A stretch of DNA of 63,769 bases, filler included, from Octopus bimaculoides (lineage: Eukaryota): NCBI RefSeq assembly GCF_001194135.2. It is 6 parts of 6 records of this genome, joined end to end, with 100 filler letters (N's around TTAATTAATTAA, not from the genome) between each part and the next. Parts side by side here need not be neighbours in the genome. Positions count along the whole stretch, not along the records: positions 39,774 to 59,533 come from NC_068985.1; positions 59,634 to 62,476 come from NC_068981.1; positions 62,577 to 63,769 come from NC_069000.1; 3 more parts are not named here. One strand, written 5' to 3'. Of the stretch, positions 51,576 through 63,149 are shown piece by piece. The position numbers and the translations under genes are program-made. Below the pieces are notes generated by a model. The model was not told where the DNA came from. It did not search any database and was given only the letters and a program-made list of their open reading frames with translations. Position 1 is the first letter of the stretch; every line of letters starts with the position of its first letter.

Positions 51576-52239
51576 GACTTTACAACAACAACGACAACAG
51601 CAACAACAACAACAACGACGACGATGATGACGACAACAACAACAAAAATAACAATTACAATAATAATTATTTGTACTATAGGCACAAGGCCTGGAATTTT
51701 AAAGGGCGGAAACTAGTCGATTACATCGACCCCGGTGCTCCACCGATACTTATTTTATCGACCCCGATAAAATAACAACCAGTGGAGCACTTAAACAATT
51801 AAATGAAATGCAGATACCTATACATTAGTGTAAATGATACAAATTTAATTATACTGTACTTAGCAAGGTACAAGTCTACACAAGGTACCAGTAAACTATT
51901 CTGGCGGCCGCGGGAACTCAAACATCCTGTTCGTAAATTAATGCAGATTATAAGAGGTTCCGGGTCATCAGTGCCTGGAAAATCGATGTTACCCCTGTAG
52001 TGAAGTTGCGTAATTGATAGTGGTGTCCTCAAGTGGCTAATGTTTTATTGTTCTCTTTTTTTATTTAGCTACCTGTTTTGTTTTCGATGTGTACATCGTG
52101 AGCTTGCAGTCGGAACGTTTGTCAACCTGTAAAACGCGAGGTTGTTTTTCGCCCCACCCTGTATATCATCATTATCATCGCCCCACCCTGTATATCATCA
52201 TTATCATCTTTGTATAAGCTCAGCGTGGGAACCAAGCTT

Positions 52240-53250
52240 AATATGGGCTCCTGTAAATTTTACGTTATGTTTTCTGTTAGGATCTCTATGAGTAGTTTTG
52301 CACACCTTCTTCTATAAGTTCAACCCTTTCGCCGTATTCTTTGTAGTCAAATGAAGTTATGTGGATGATGCTTCTATGGCCTGTTCTTGCCCCGAAGCTC
52401 ACTTTTATTCGAACAACACAACGTCATCAATTGATAAACTTTTTCTACAGGACTTAAGCAATATCGGCTACGTCTTCTTCAAAACCTACTTCATTTGCCA
52501 GTATCGTACTGAACATCATATACATTTTCTGCCTGTTGAAATTCATAATTTCAGCCAGGCCACATTTCCTTTCCCCAAACCATTCAACCAGTGTTGAAGG
52601 TTTCACTTCATTCCGTATCTCAACTATGCTCTCCACAGAATCCATAATGTTAGACATTTTCTAGTAGTCTGTAATTATAGGTTTATCGTCTCCATATATT
52701 TCTTTCGTGAATTGTTCCAAAATTCTTAGGTGATATGACTTGAAGTTAACTAACACACGCTGATCCATTGGCTGGAGCAGAAAGAAATATTGTTTGTGGA
52801 GGTGGAGATACATTCCACATCCACATTATTAGAAACGTCTTTCAAATTCGCTGATTGGATTATGGGTTTGCCTAAAAGGAGCAATGCTGTGATGAATATA
52901 CTACACTTGGCATTGTACCTTTTTTATAAATGTGCAAAAACTTTGTAAGCCAAGCTTAGAAAAGGCTCGTAGTCATTCAAACGTGAATGCTAAATCATGG
53001 GTCGATTAAACTATACAGGTAGATTTTCGAAGTGATATAACAGTAGAGGCTTTGATTTCATATTACCAGTGCCATTTCCCCTCACGAGAAATGCCAAAAG
53101 TTTTTTGTAGGTTTCGTGTGGTGATAATGATTTTTCTTCACTAGAAATACAATCCTAACAGGCTTGTGCTTCCTGGAAAGCCCACTTTTATGAAAACTGC
53201 AAATTGTGCTCTTGTGTATAGCTTCCTACGCAAGTTAATATCTTGTTTTG
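52240..53250 (-). mobile_element. pogo/Tigger (DDE_1) transposase remnant
   Basis: Minus-strand EEKSLSPH..LLAFLVRGNGTGNMKSKPLLLYHFEN and PP...FLLQPMDQRVLVNFKSYHLR match the pogo motifs GNA.GD.K.KPLL.YHSENP and LPPNTTS.LQP.DQ.VI. Multiple stops and frameshifts. Confidence 0.85.
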
Positions 53251-53335
53251 CTTTATAGTTTATGTATGTATTGTATGATGGAAAGCAGAAAAAAAGGGCG
53301 TTACAACGATTTGTAAGTTGTATTTTTTGTTCTCA

Positions 53336-53505
53336 ATAGGTGCAGGAGTGGCTGTGTGGTAAGAAGCTCGCTTCCCAACCACACAGCACCGGGTTCTGTT
53401 CCACAACGTGACACCTTGGGCAAGTCTGTTCTACTATAGCCTTGGGCCGACCAAAGCCTTGTGAGTGGATTTGGTAGACGGAAACTGAAAGAAGCCCGTC
53501 GTATG
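53336..53505 (+). mobile_element. SINE family A 5' half
   Basis: ATAGGTGCAGGAGTGGCTGTGTGGTAAG...GGAAACTGAAAGAAGCCCGTCG. Confidence 0.9.
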
Positions 53506-53944
53506 TATGTATATATCTNNNNNNNNNNNNNNNNNNNNNNNNNNNNNNNNNNNNNNNNNNNNNNNNNNNNNNNNNNNNNNNNNNNNNNNNNNNNNNNNNN
53601 NNNNNNNNNNNNNNNNNNNNNNNNNNNNNNNNNNNNNNNNNNNNNNNNNNNNNNNNNNNNNNNNNNNNNNNNNNNNNNNNNNNNNNNNNNNNNNNNNNNN
53701 NNNNNNNNNNNNNNNNNNNNNNNNNNNNNNNNNNNNNNNNNNNNNNNNNNNNNNNNNNNNNNNNNNNNNNNNNNNNNNNNNNNNNNNNNNNNNNNNNNNN
53801 NNNNNNNNNNNNNNNNNNNNNNNNNNNNNNNNNNNNNNNNNNNNNNNNNNNNNNNNNNNNNNNNNNNNNNNNTATATATATATGAAGAAAGAAAGAAAGA
53901 AAGAAAGAAAAAAAATTCTAAAGCAAATTCTTTGAAAATTCTCG

Positions 53945-54308
53945 TAGTAAGTAGCTTGCTTACCAACCATATGGTTCCGGGTTCAGTCCCACTGCATGAC
54001 ACCTCGGGCCGACCAAAGCCTTGTGAGGGGATTTGGTAGACGGAAACTGAAAGAAGCCCGTCGTATGTATGTATATATCTATATATGTATGTGTGTGTGT
54101 ATATGTTTGTGTGCATGTGTTTGTCCCCGCAACATCACTTGACAACCGATGCTGGTGTGTTTACGTCCCCGTAACTTAGCAGTTCGGCAAAAGAAACCGA
54201 TAGAATAAGTACTAGGCTTACAAAGAATAAGTCCTGGGGTCGATTTCTTCGACTAAAGGCGGTGCTCCAGCATGGCCGCAGTCAGATGACTGAAACCAGT
54301 AAAAGAGT
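53945..54308 (+). mobile_element. SINE family A, near full length, low divergence
   Basis: Head (partly truncated), centre, TA/TG tract and full 3' part to GACTGAAACCAGTAAAAGAG. Confidence 0.9.
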
Positions 54309-54546
54309 TCCTTTTCGTTTGGGATTAGTTTCTCTTCTGCACTATTTCTGAATGACCTAATAAACAGAACAGGCGAACGAAGCTCTCGTCATTTTAAAAC
54401 AGAATAACGGAATGAGTTTTATAAGACAATCAAAACTTTGTCAGTGAATTTTATTTTGTAACAGAATCAATTTGCTAACTTTAAACAATAAGAAAATCAA
54501 TTTGTATTGAATAATAATAATAATGATGATGAGGAGGAGGAGGATA

Positions 54547-54616
<70 letters not shown>

Positions 54617-54909
54617 CAATAATAAATTCAACATGTGTGGGATTTAGGTGGTGTACTTGGAGTATAAAATGGAGAATGTTAGCTTACAGGCATATTATTT
54701 TTTAACGATTTTTTTCTGCTCATTACATCGATATTATGGTTTGACGTTCATAATGCAGCGTTCGTTAAAACTTAACATGGATCTTGAGCTAGCTTTGCAC
54801 GTTCATAGACTACAAAGGTCACGAGTACATCTTACACAACCAACACATCCATACACACGCAAATGAACAAACATTAACACATACACATACGTACACAAAT
54901 GCACGAACA

Positions 54910-54946
<37 letters not shown>

Positions 54947-55216
54947 GCACACATTTATGCATATATAATTGGTATGAACATATTGGTTGTATCAGACCTA
55001 CTAATCGCATATGCATGTGAACACAATGACACACGGACAGAAAAAGAGCGCATTGAGATATGCATATTCATTCAATGTGTGGAGGGTCTATGTACGTGTG
55101 TGTATATATGTATGTGTGTGTTTGTACGTGTTTGTGTGTAAGTATAAATATACACCATAGTCATGGTCATTTATTTGAATATGTATATTTATGCGTGTAT
55201 GTATGTATATATATAT

Positions 55217-55249
<33 letters not shown>

Positions 55250-55253
55250 CACT

Positions 55254-55284
<31 letters not shown>

Positions 55285-55287
55285 CTG

Positions 55288-55320
<33 letters not shown>

Positions 55321-56619
55321 ATATACACTTACCTATGCATATACATAAAAGAGACTCATATTCATGACTATGTGTCTATATGTGCGCTTGGTATGCGTGT
55401 GTATATATGCATATATGCATATATTAGAATAATTACAAAGGATCACTGAAATTTGCTGTTTGTGAACAGAAGGAAAAATAAACAACAATAAAGCCAACGT
55501 TTTTTTTATACGAAAAACTGTGTTTTAACATTTGATGTATCTATCACCCTAACTATGAACTGTATTGTAAATTTGCTCGTTGTTATTGTTGTTGTTGTTG
55601 TTGCTACTGCAGCTGCTAATCTTAATGCTGTTGATCTTTTTGCCATCGTTTGTGTTTATATTTGAATAATGGTGAGAGAACAAAAAAATAAAAAACAATT
55701 GCCTTTATCATAGATGAAAAATCTACCTTACTTTCAATGACCATAAAGTATAAATAAATATCGCTGTGTCTATCACTTGTGTTAAACAACCAGCTGTCTC
55801 CTCTTTCTTGTTCTACATGCTAGATATATTAATGTATTCTAACTAGATGGCATTCGTCTGGAAATTATAGTTGTTATCTTGGATTATTTTAAAATACAGA
55901 TTAGATTTTACAAAGGAAAAATTGTATGACGTGTTTTAGGTTTATTCAAACGTTGAGGACAATTTGAAAAGTGCGTTGAGAATTGAATTAACATTTATTA
56001 AAATCACAACGATAAAATTCTCCAAAAGGATTCTTTTGTTATATTAAATTCTTTCATTATTCTCAACATCAATTATATAATTCAATTCTTTTTGTTATTA
56101 CTTTTCAAAATATCTTTATTGAAAAATGAAAATTTCAATGTAATAATTGTTTAATAAACGAATAAAATTTGGATAAAGCAACAATATAGGAGTGCTTTCT
56201 AAATATTATACGTGTGTGTGTGTGCGTGTATGTATGTATGTATGTATGTATGTATGTATGTATGTATGTATGTATGCATGCATGTATGTATGTATCTATC
56301 TATCTATCTATTTATCTATGTTTGTATATTACTTTGAATCAAATAGATTTCATATCATTTTTGTGCGCTGTTGATCATGGGAAAAGCTCCTGACGTGTCG
56401 AGAACCTTGTGGCTATTTGAAACTCACTGAATGCAGGTTCGCGTCATTAATTTGCTTACAGAGCAGTGGATTTGCAGAATCAACAGAGGAGTATTGGGAA
56501 AAAAATTATCTTGGGATATTTGTTCCGAGTCTTACATTCTGAGTTCAAATCATGCGGAGTCAAATTTGCCTTTCGAGATAAAGTATCAGTCACGTAGCGG
56601 AATCGATGGTTTCGATTAC

Positions 56620-57262
56620 CCACCCCAACACGTAACAAACGACTTCTCAACGACTTCTACGACTGTCTTCACAAAGCATCTGCACGGACCACACTGTCCT
56701 TCACTGACAGTGCACATGCGCCTTTATACGGCATACGACGGTTGACTTGCTATTCCACAGGGATGTCAGGATTTCACCACAATATCTCGCCTCTTTGAGT
56801 CCGACTTTCGTTGAAATTCAATATCTTTCTTTTATTTATTGTCTTTATTGCCATCTCTCTCCTCCATTTTTCTAAAATTCCCCGGGAAGAAATTGGAATA
56901 TTGTTTTCGTTTTGGGTCTATTTGCAAAAGTTCTGTTTGCTTTCTTTTCCTAGTCGCTGTACTCGTTGGTCCGATTATTCGGAACGTCAAAAATGTCCTA
57001 AAGAAATTCCATTAGCACTTCATGTCTTATTCTTTCTTCCGTAAACCATTTTTTTCAGTTGGTTTAGGTGTCTCTTGTGTTCCCACGTGTGACCTTTTAC
57101 CATGTACGTTATTTTTCCCAAACGTTTACTTCTTATACCTTCTTCCCAACTTTCCTTTCCGTTTCAGTATATTAAATAGTAAACTTCTTTCATTGAATAC
57201 TTTAGATAATAGCTTAATTATTTCCTCGAAACAAATTTCGGATGGTTTTCTCGGCAAGATGT
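56620..57262 (-). mobile_element. Ty3/Gypsy LTR retrotransposon 3' end (integrase C-terminus, PPT, probable partial LTR)
   Basis: Minus-strand YMVKGHTWEHKRHLNQLKK and RKRKQTELLQIDPKRKQY resemble the C-terminus of K02A2.6-like Gypsy Pol. A purine tract GGAGGAGAGAGA precedes TG, and the downstream segment contains TATAAAGG. Confidence 0.65.
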
Positions 57263-57267
57263 AATTA

Positions 57268-57391
57268 TTTACATTACTTACACTTTGTCCTCATCTTGTT
57301 TGTTGTTGACAACGTTTCGGCTGATATACCCTCCAGGCTTCATCAGGTGTCTACGGAAATTTCGAACCTAAGGTATTTTCCGATGTTTTTG

Positions 57392-57447
<56 letters not shown>

Positions 57448-57448
57448 G
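57268..57448 (-). mobile_element. Family E element 3' part, with Penelope-type minimal hammerhead-like motif at 57308-57351
   Basis: Reverse complement GACAC-CUGAUGA-A-GCCUG GAGGGUAUAU CAGCC-GAAAC-GUU-GUC. It shares flanking sequence and the (AAT)n tract with 8375-8556. Confidence 0.6.
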
Positions 57449-58470
57449 CCTTTGCACAGCTTCTAACGTTGGAGATGTATTACAGTGTCAGCTGTTCACT
57501 ACCAGTGATCTAAGGCAACACCTCTTATTTTTCGAGCACCTTCCAGAGTATTCGGGCGGTTCCAAGCAGTGCTGTTTTCTGCAAGTACTCCATCCTTATT
57601 GCAGCCCCTATTTGTTCCACGTACTTCTCGAAACTTTTGTTCACTGTTCACAGGGCTTCCGACAATTATTGGTACTACTGTTACCTTTTTCATCGACCAC
57701 AACTGCTGAACTTCCCAAGCTAACCTGTCATATCTCTCCACTTTCCTTTGTTCCTTATCGCATACCTTGTTGTCAGCTGGGCATGCTATATCTATGATCC
57801 AGCATCGTTTGTTTTCTTTCTCAATTAAGACTATATCCGGCTTCCTATTCTCTATCTCATGGTGGCACTCAATCATAAAATCCCATAGGATCTTTGCATT
57901 TCTATTTTCGACGATGCCTTCAGGTTTGTGGTCATACCAATTTTTTGCTATGTCAAGTCCATACTTGTTGCAGAGTGTCCAATGGACAAGCCTGGCTATA
58001 TTGTCGTGGCGTATCTTATGTTCCTTCTGGGCTAGTGGCGTACATTGGCTGGTAATATGCCATACGACTTCACCATCTTGTCAACAGATTCTGCACTTAT
58101 CACTTTCTGATTTGTTGTCTATTCTGTATTTTATGTAGTTTGTCCTTAGTGCTTGCTCTTAGGCAGCACAGATTAGAGCCTCCGTTTCCGGTTTTAAATC
58201 ACTTTTAGTCATCGACAGCCATCTTTTTTCTCTGTCTGTCTTATCTTCAACATGCATTCTTTTCTTTACCCAACTATTTTCAGTTTCGTTCGTTTTCAAT
58301 TTCTTGTATGTTGCTTTATCTTTGCAATCTTTCATCCTACACAAGCCTAACCTTCTTCTAATAATAGCGGTTCTGTGGCCTTTTTCACATACCATGCTAT
58401 GTTGTTTTCATCTGCTCTAATGCTGTGTTCGCATCCAATAAGTCCTCTTCTCCCTCTTTTTCTTGGTACA
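57449..58470 (-). mobile_element. R4/Dong-clade RLE LINE, 5'-truncated, ending in a (TAA)n tract
   Basis: VPRKRGRRGL, CCHC knuckle (CRIC.QDGEVVWHITSQC), RHDNIARLVHWTLC, and RLE RKPDIVLIEKENKRCWIIDIACPAD...K..KY. The 3' UTR abuts (TTA)n at about 57393-57448. Confidence 0.92.
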
Positions 58471-58724
58471 TAGGTGTTTAATTTTTTTAATTTTTAAAAA
58501 CATATTTGTAATTAATATATTTTTAATATATTTTTATTCATATTGTTATTTTTCTATTTAATATGACTTTTTATATATATATTTTAAACTTTGACCTGTT
58601 AATAATAATAACAATAAGATAAATAGCCTGAGGACGCACTGGTGGATTTATGTATTAGGCATAGCCTTGATACACACGCAGAAACACGTGTAGTGTTGAT
58701 TAGAAATACCTTCTTTCCCCACAG

Positions 58725-58735
58725 ACAAATAACAG
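58725..58735 (+). other. Candidate 11-nt microexon ACAAATAACAG
   Basis: Near-consensus acceptor CCTTCTTTCCCCACAG| and donor CAG|GTAAGT, 11 nt apart. Confidence 0.45.
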
Positions 58736-59004
58736 GTAAGTTAAATATATTTTTTCAAATAATTTTATTGTATTTTATAGTAGGTTTTTAAACTGCTTAT
58801 ATTATTATATTGGATATAACTTTCTACGTGTATTCCATGCAATAAGGTTATCCTGAAATAGGACCTTCGGTTCTATTGGTAAAATCCCAAATTTGTAATA
58901 TGTATATNNNNNNNNNNTATGGATATATTTATATGTATATACACATATACATATATGTATATACTTACATATATCTATATATATGGATATATTTATATAC
59001 ATAT

Positions 59005-59150
59005 ATACGACGGGATTCTTTCAGTTCTCGCCTTCCAAATCCACTCATTAGGCTTTGGAGGACCCAGGACGATAGTAAAGAATACGTTTTCTCAAATTAG
59101 TGCCCGCATAGTGGATCTGCACCCAAGACTACACGGTAGGGAAACACCAC
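59005..59150 (-). mobile_element. SINE family A fragment, diverged
   Basis: ACGACGGGATTCTTTCAGTT..CCAAATCCACTCA. Confidence 0.7.
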
Positions 59151-59533
59151 AGTGTAGATAATATCTTTGGAATTCGAACGGCTCGGTCACCAATGCTTAC
59201 AATCTAACGTTACTTCTATAGACCGCAAGGTCAAACGTTCTACGTTACAACTCCATAAATATAATCGTAAATGTAAATACTGTGTGTACAGAACGAAACT
59301 ATTTGTGAGAAGAGAAGAAACATAAATAACATATTAATGATACATAGAAACTAGAACGTTGCTTTACAATGATTGGCATTGCTAAGATATTCTCTTGACA
59401 CTTGTATAACGATGGTCTGCTCGCTGTTCTGCTGTTTATCTGCGCCACTGTCTCTGTTGAGCTTTATTATGTATGCCTGTATGTACTTACAAAAGTGAGG
59501 ATGTATGTATGTGTCCATATATATATATATATA

Positions 59534-59633
59534 NNNNNNNNNNNNNNNNNNNNNNNNNNNNNNNNNNNNNNNNNNNNTTAATTAATTAANNNNNNNNNNN
59601 NNNNNNNNNNNNNNNNNNNNNNNNNNNNNNNNN
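59534..59633. other. Artificial scaffold join
   Basis: 44N-TTAATTAATTAA-44N. Confidence 0.95.
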
Positions 59634-59674
<41 letters not shown>

Positions 59675-59689
59675 TCCCATCTAACAAAT

Positions 59690-60545
59690 AATTTACTCAC
59701 AGGGCATTGGATGGCCCCCTGAACTATAGCAACAGAGGACCACTTGCCTACTTGAACAGAACTCATGGTCTCTCCAGTTTACCAACATAGGGTGTGTTAC
59801 ATGAGAAATTTGGCTTCTATTTCTAGCAAGTTGAGTAATCAAGAAGAAACTTCTTCCTTACCATTCTCCCACCATATATATTTTATATGGCTTTGTATCC
59901 TATGTTATATCTTTTATATCTTGGACTGTGGCCATGATGCAATATCACCTCGAAGGGTTTGGCCAATTAAATCAACTCCAGTATTTATCTTCCCAATATC
60001 TTTTGAATAGCTATAGTAAAGGACACTTGAACAGAGCCCATGGTCTCTTAACTGCTGCAGTAGGGTGTGATATGTGAAGGATTTGGCTGGTATTTCTAGC
60101 AAGTCGAGTAATCACAAAGAAGTTTCTTCCTTACCATTTACCCAAATATATTATTGAATGATGGCTTTGTATCCTGTTGTATTCTTGACTCGTCTCAGCC
60201 GTTAGGCTGCAGCCATGCTAGGGTACCACCTTAAAGGGTTTTGCCTCATGTATTGACCCCAGGACTGACTTTCAAGTGTAGTGGTCATTTTTCCAGTATC
60301 TTTTGCCCAATCGCTATAACCAAAGACACTTGCCCACTCGAACAAAGCTCATGGTCTTTCTACTTGCAAATTTGTGAGGAATTTGGGGAACAATAGGAGA
60401 GGGTTTATTGACCCTGTGTAGGCAACCTCTGCAGTCGGGTGTGATACAAGTGAGATTTGGCTGCTATTTCTAGCAAGTTGAGCCTTCATAAAGAATATTC
60501 TTCCTTACCATTCTCCACCAGATACATTATTTTATGACAGCCTTG
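59690..60545. repeat. Three diverged tandem copies of a ~270-380 bp composite unit (fourth copy near 62110-62370)
   Basis: GGGTGTG.TA...GAGATTTGGCT..TATTTCTAGCAAGT.GAG followed by CTTCCTTACCATT.TCC recurs at about 59790-59880, 60060-60145 and 60440-60520, with a variant at 62170-62255. Confidence 0.8.
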
Positions 60546-61310
60546 TAGTCTAATGCTGGAGACATCATATTTCATACGGCAGTGCTTGGCCTAGAAAATG
60601 CTTACAGTTTTAACAAAGAATTCTAATTCAAGTTTAGAACAAAAGACTTCAATGAGTTGGTTCTGGTCAGTGAGGTCTGTAAGGGGTTTTTTTTTTTTTT
60701 GGGGTTTTTGGTTTTTGACTTGCCTGCCACACCATTTCACTTCCACTGACCCTATGACTAGCTTCCTTTTCTAAGTGTAGGTTAATGATGCTAGCGGAGG
60801 GTTGGGGAGGCNNNNNNNNNNNNNNNNNNNNNNNNNNNNNNNNNNNNNNNNNNNNNNNNNNNNNNNNNNNNNNNNNNNNNNNNNNNNNNNNNNNNNNNNN
60901 NNNNNNNNNNNNNNNNNNNNNNNNNNNNNNNNNNNNNNNNNNNNNNNNNNNNNNNNNNNNNNNNNNNNNNNNNNNNNNNNNNNNNNNNNNNNNNNNNNNN
61001 NNNNNNNNNNNNNNNNNNNNNNNNNNNNNNNNNNNNNNNNNNNNNNNNNNNNNNNNNNNNNNNNNNNNNNNNNNNNNNNNNNNNNNNNNNNNNNNNNNNN
61101 NNNNNNNNNNNNNNNNNNNNNNNNNNNNNNNNNNNNNNNNNNNNNNNNNNNNNNNNNNNNNNNNNNNNNNNNNNNNNNNNNNNNNNNNNNNNNNNNNNNN
61201 NNNNNNNNNNNNNNNNNNNNNNNNNNNNNNNNNNNNNNNNNNNNNNNNNNNNNNNNNNNNNNNNNNNNNNNNNNNNNNNNNNNNNNNNNNNNNNNNNNNN
61301 NNNNNNNNNN

Positions 61311-61369
<59 letters not shown>

Positions 61370-61622
61370 CTTTCCTGTCTTCTTTTTTCTTCTCTCTCTC
61401 TCTCTCTCTCCCTGGTTTTCTCTTTCTGTCTGCCTGACTGTTTCTTTCTCTCTCTCTGACTCTCTCTTCATATCTCTCTCTCTCTCTTTCTATATCTCTT
61501 TTTCCCCATCTATTTTTCTCCATCTTCCCCCTCTCTCGGTATGACTGCAAAATATCTTTTTTTGCGCAATAATTAAAATGTCCACAGCCCTCCTCACACA
61601 AATATATTATTTCAAATATTAG

Positions 61623-61649
61623 GCAAAAGGCTGAGGCTGCACAGAAGAG
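61623..61649 (+). other. Weak candidate 27-nt exon (QKAEAAQKR, phase 2-2)
   Basis: Strong donor AGAG|GTGAGT. Mediocre acceptor ATTTCAAATATTAG. Confidence 0.2.
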
Positions 61650-62423
61650 GTGAGTTATGTATGCTAACTGTAATAGGAGACTGATATGAGTTATCTTTGA
61701 TGTGGAGTGGAGAGGATGAAAGGTAAGGCCAATCTTGTGGAATTTGAACCAGGAACATGAGGGAATGAAATTAAATGCCACAAAAGTATCTACTGTAAAT
61801 TTAGATCAGAACATTATACACACACACAAATATATATATATATGTATGTATGTGTGTAGGAGTGGCTGTGTGGTAAGTAGCTTGCGTACGAACCACATGG
61901 TTCCGNNNNNNNNNNTGTACGTGCATGCTTGTGTGTGTATGTATGTATACTTCGAAACTAGCCAAGTGGACAGTCCCTGAAGAAGATGCACAGAAAATCA
62001 TTCTTGGTTGCATGATGATGGTAATTAAAATTAACTCTGTAATTATGGATTTTATATTGCAACCTTTTAATATTTTGGACATAGCTCATCATCTCTCCGA
62101 TTACAATTTTTAGGGAATTTGAGGAACACCAGGGATCTGCTGGCCCCTCGTTTGCAACTGCTGCAGTAGTGTATGATATGAGGGAGATCTGGCTATTTCT
62201 AGCATGTTAACCAATTATGAAGCACCTTTCTCATTACCATTTTCCACCATATATTTAATGATCTTGTATCTTATTGTTATCATTTATCTTTTACATGTGT
62301 CAGTCATCAAACTGTGGCCATGCTGGGGCACCGTGTCGAAGGGTTTAGTCAAATAAATCAACCCCAGTACTTAATTTTGCCAAACCTCTAAGGTGCAGGC
62401 TGGTTGTCAAGCTGTAGCAGGGG

Positions 62424-62476
<53 letters not shown>

Positions 62477-62576
62477 NNNNNNNNNNNNNNNNNNNNNNNN
62501 NNNNNNNNNNNNNNNNNNNNTTAATTAATTAANNNNNNNNNNNNNNNNNNNNNNNNNNNNNNNNNNNNNNNNNNNN
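62477..62576. other. Artificial scaffold join
   Basis: 44N-TTAATTAATTAA-44N. Confidence 0.95.
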
Positions 62577-62890
62577 ATATATACGTACATACAAGCATAC
62601 ATTCATACGTACGTGCATTCATGCAAATATGCGTACATATATATACATATGCCTCTGTGTGCGCGCACATATGCAGACACTCAGACACAGAAACACAACA
62701 CACAAACACGCACACACAGTGGCATAGACAAACACGCATGTACACATACGCACGCACACAAACACACAAACATGCACACACACACATACACAGAAAACAC
62801 ACATACACACACACGCTGATATATCTTACATATTTGCACTCGAAAGGCCGATGCATACGGATTCCCTTAAACCCAAATTTCATTACTTAC

Positions 62891-63034
62891 TGCTTGTGAC
62901 TTCTCTTCCATTTTCCCTATTCTTGAATCTTGGCGAAGAATCGTTATGGTCAGAATGAGTAGAAAGCCAAAAGTTATGATCGAAGAAATGGAATAACGCT
63001 GCGAAATATTCCTGGACAGCTGTGCCAAATCCAT
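62891..63034 (-). CDS. Candidate first coding exon of a type II membrane protein (MDLAQLSRNISQRYSISSIITFGFLLILTITILRQDSRIGKMEEKSQA)
   Basis: ATG in strong context (ACCATAATGG) with an in-frame upstream TGA. A short N-tail, a hydrophobic run ISSIITFGFLLILTITIL and a charged stem end at a phase-0 consensus donor GCA|GTAAGT. The open frame is 55 aa, so it falls below the ORF track cutoff. Confidence 0.5.
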
Positions 63035-63149
63035 TATGGTGATAGTTGTCGTCGGTACGTGATATTGCGCTTTGGTTCAACAATTCATCGAATGTAAGTT
63101 CTGAGCTGAGGCTTTCAACCTATTTATTTACCGTTCGCAGAATCACTCA

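Noticed and set aside
59201-59279. Minus-strand exon 2 candidate (YLHLRLYLWSCNVERLTLRSIEVTLD), in phase with the 62891 exon
   Set aside because: The acceptor derives from a CA-like run, phase agreement has a 1-in-3 chance, and two scaffold joins intervene.
18887-62532. Recurrent TTAATTAATTAA 12-mer as a biological motif or CRISPR-like repeat
   Set aside because: Always centred in exactly 44N + 44N. It is an assembly linker with six-frame stops.
389-63083. Most ORFs in the supplied track (poly-YI, CV, HT, X, I, V, D, etc.)
   Set aside because: They translate dinucleotide/trinucleotide microsatellites or N-gaps, with no domain or splice support.
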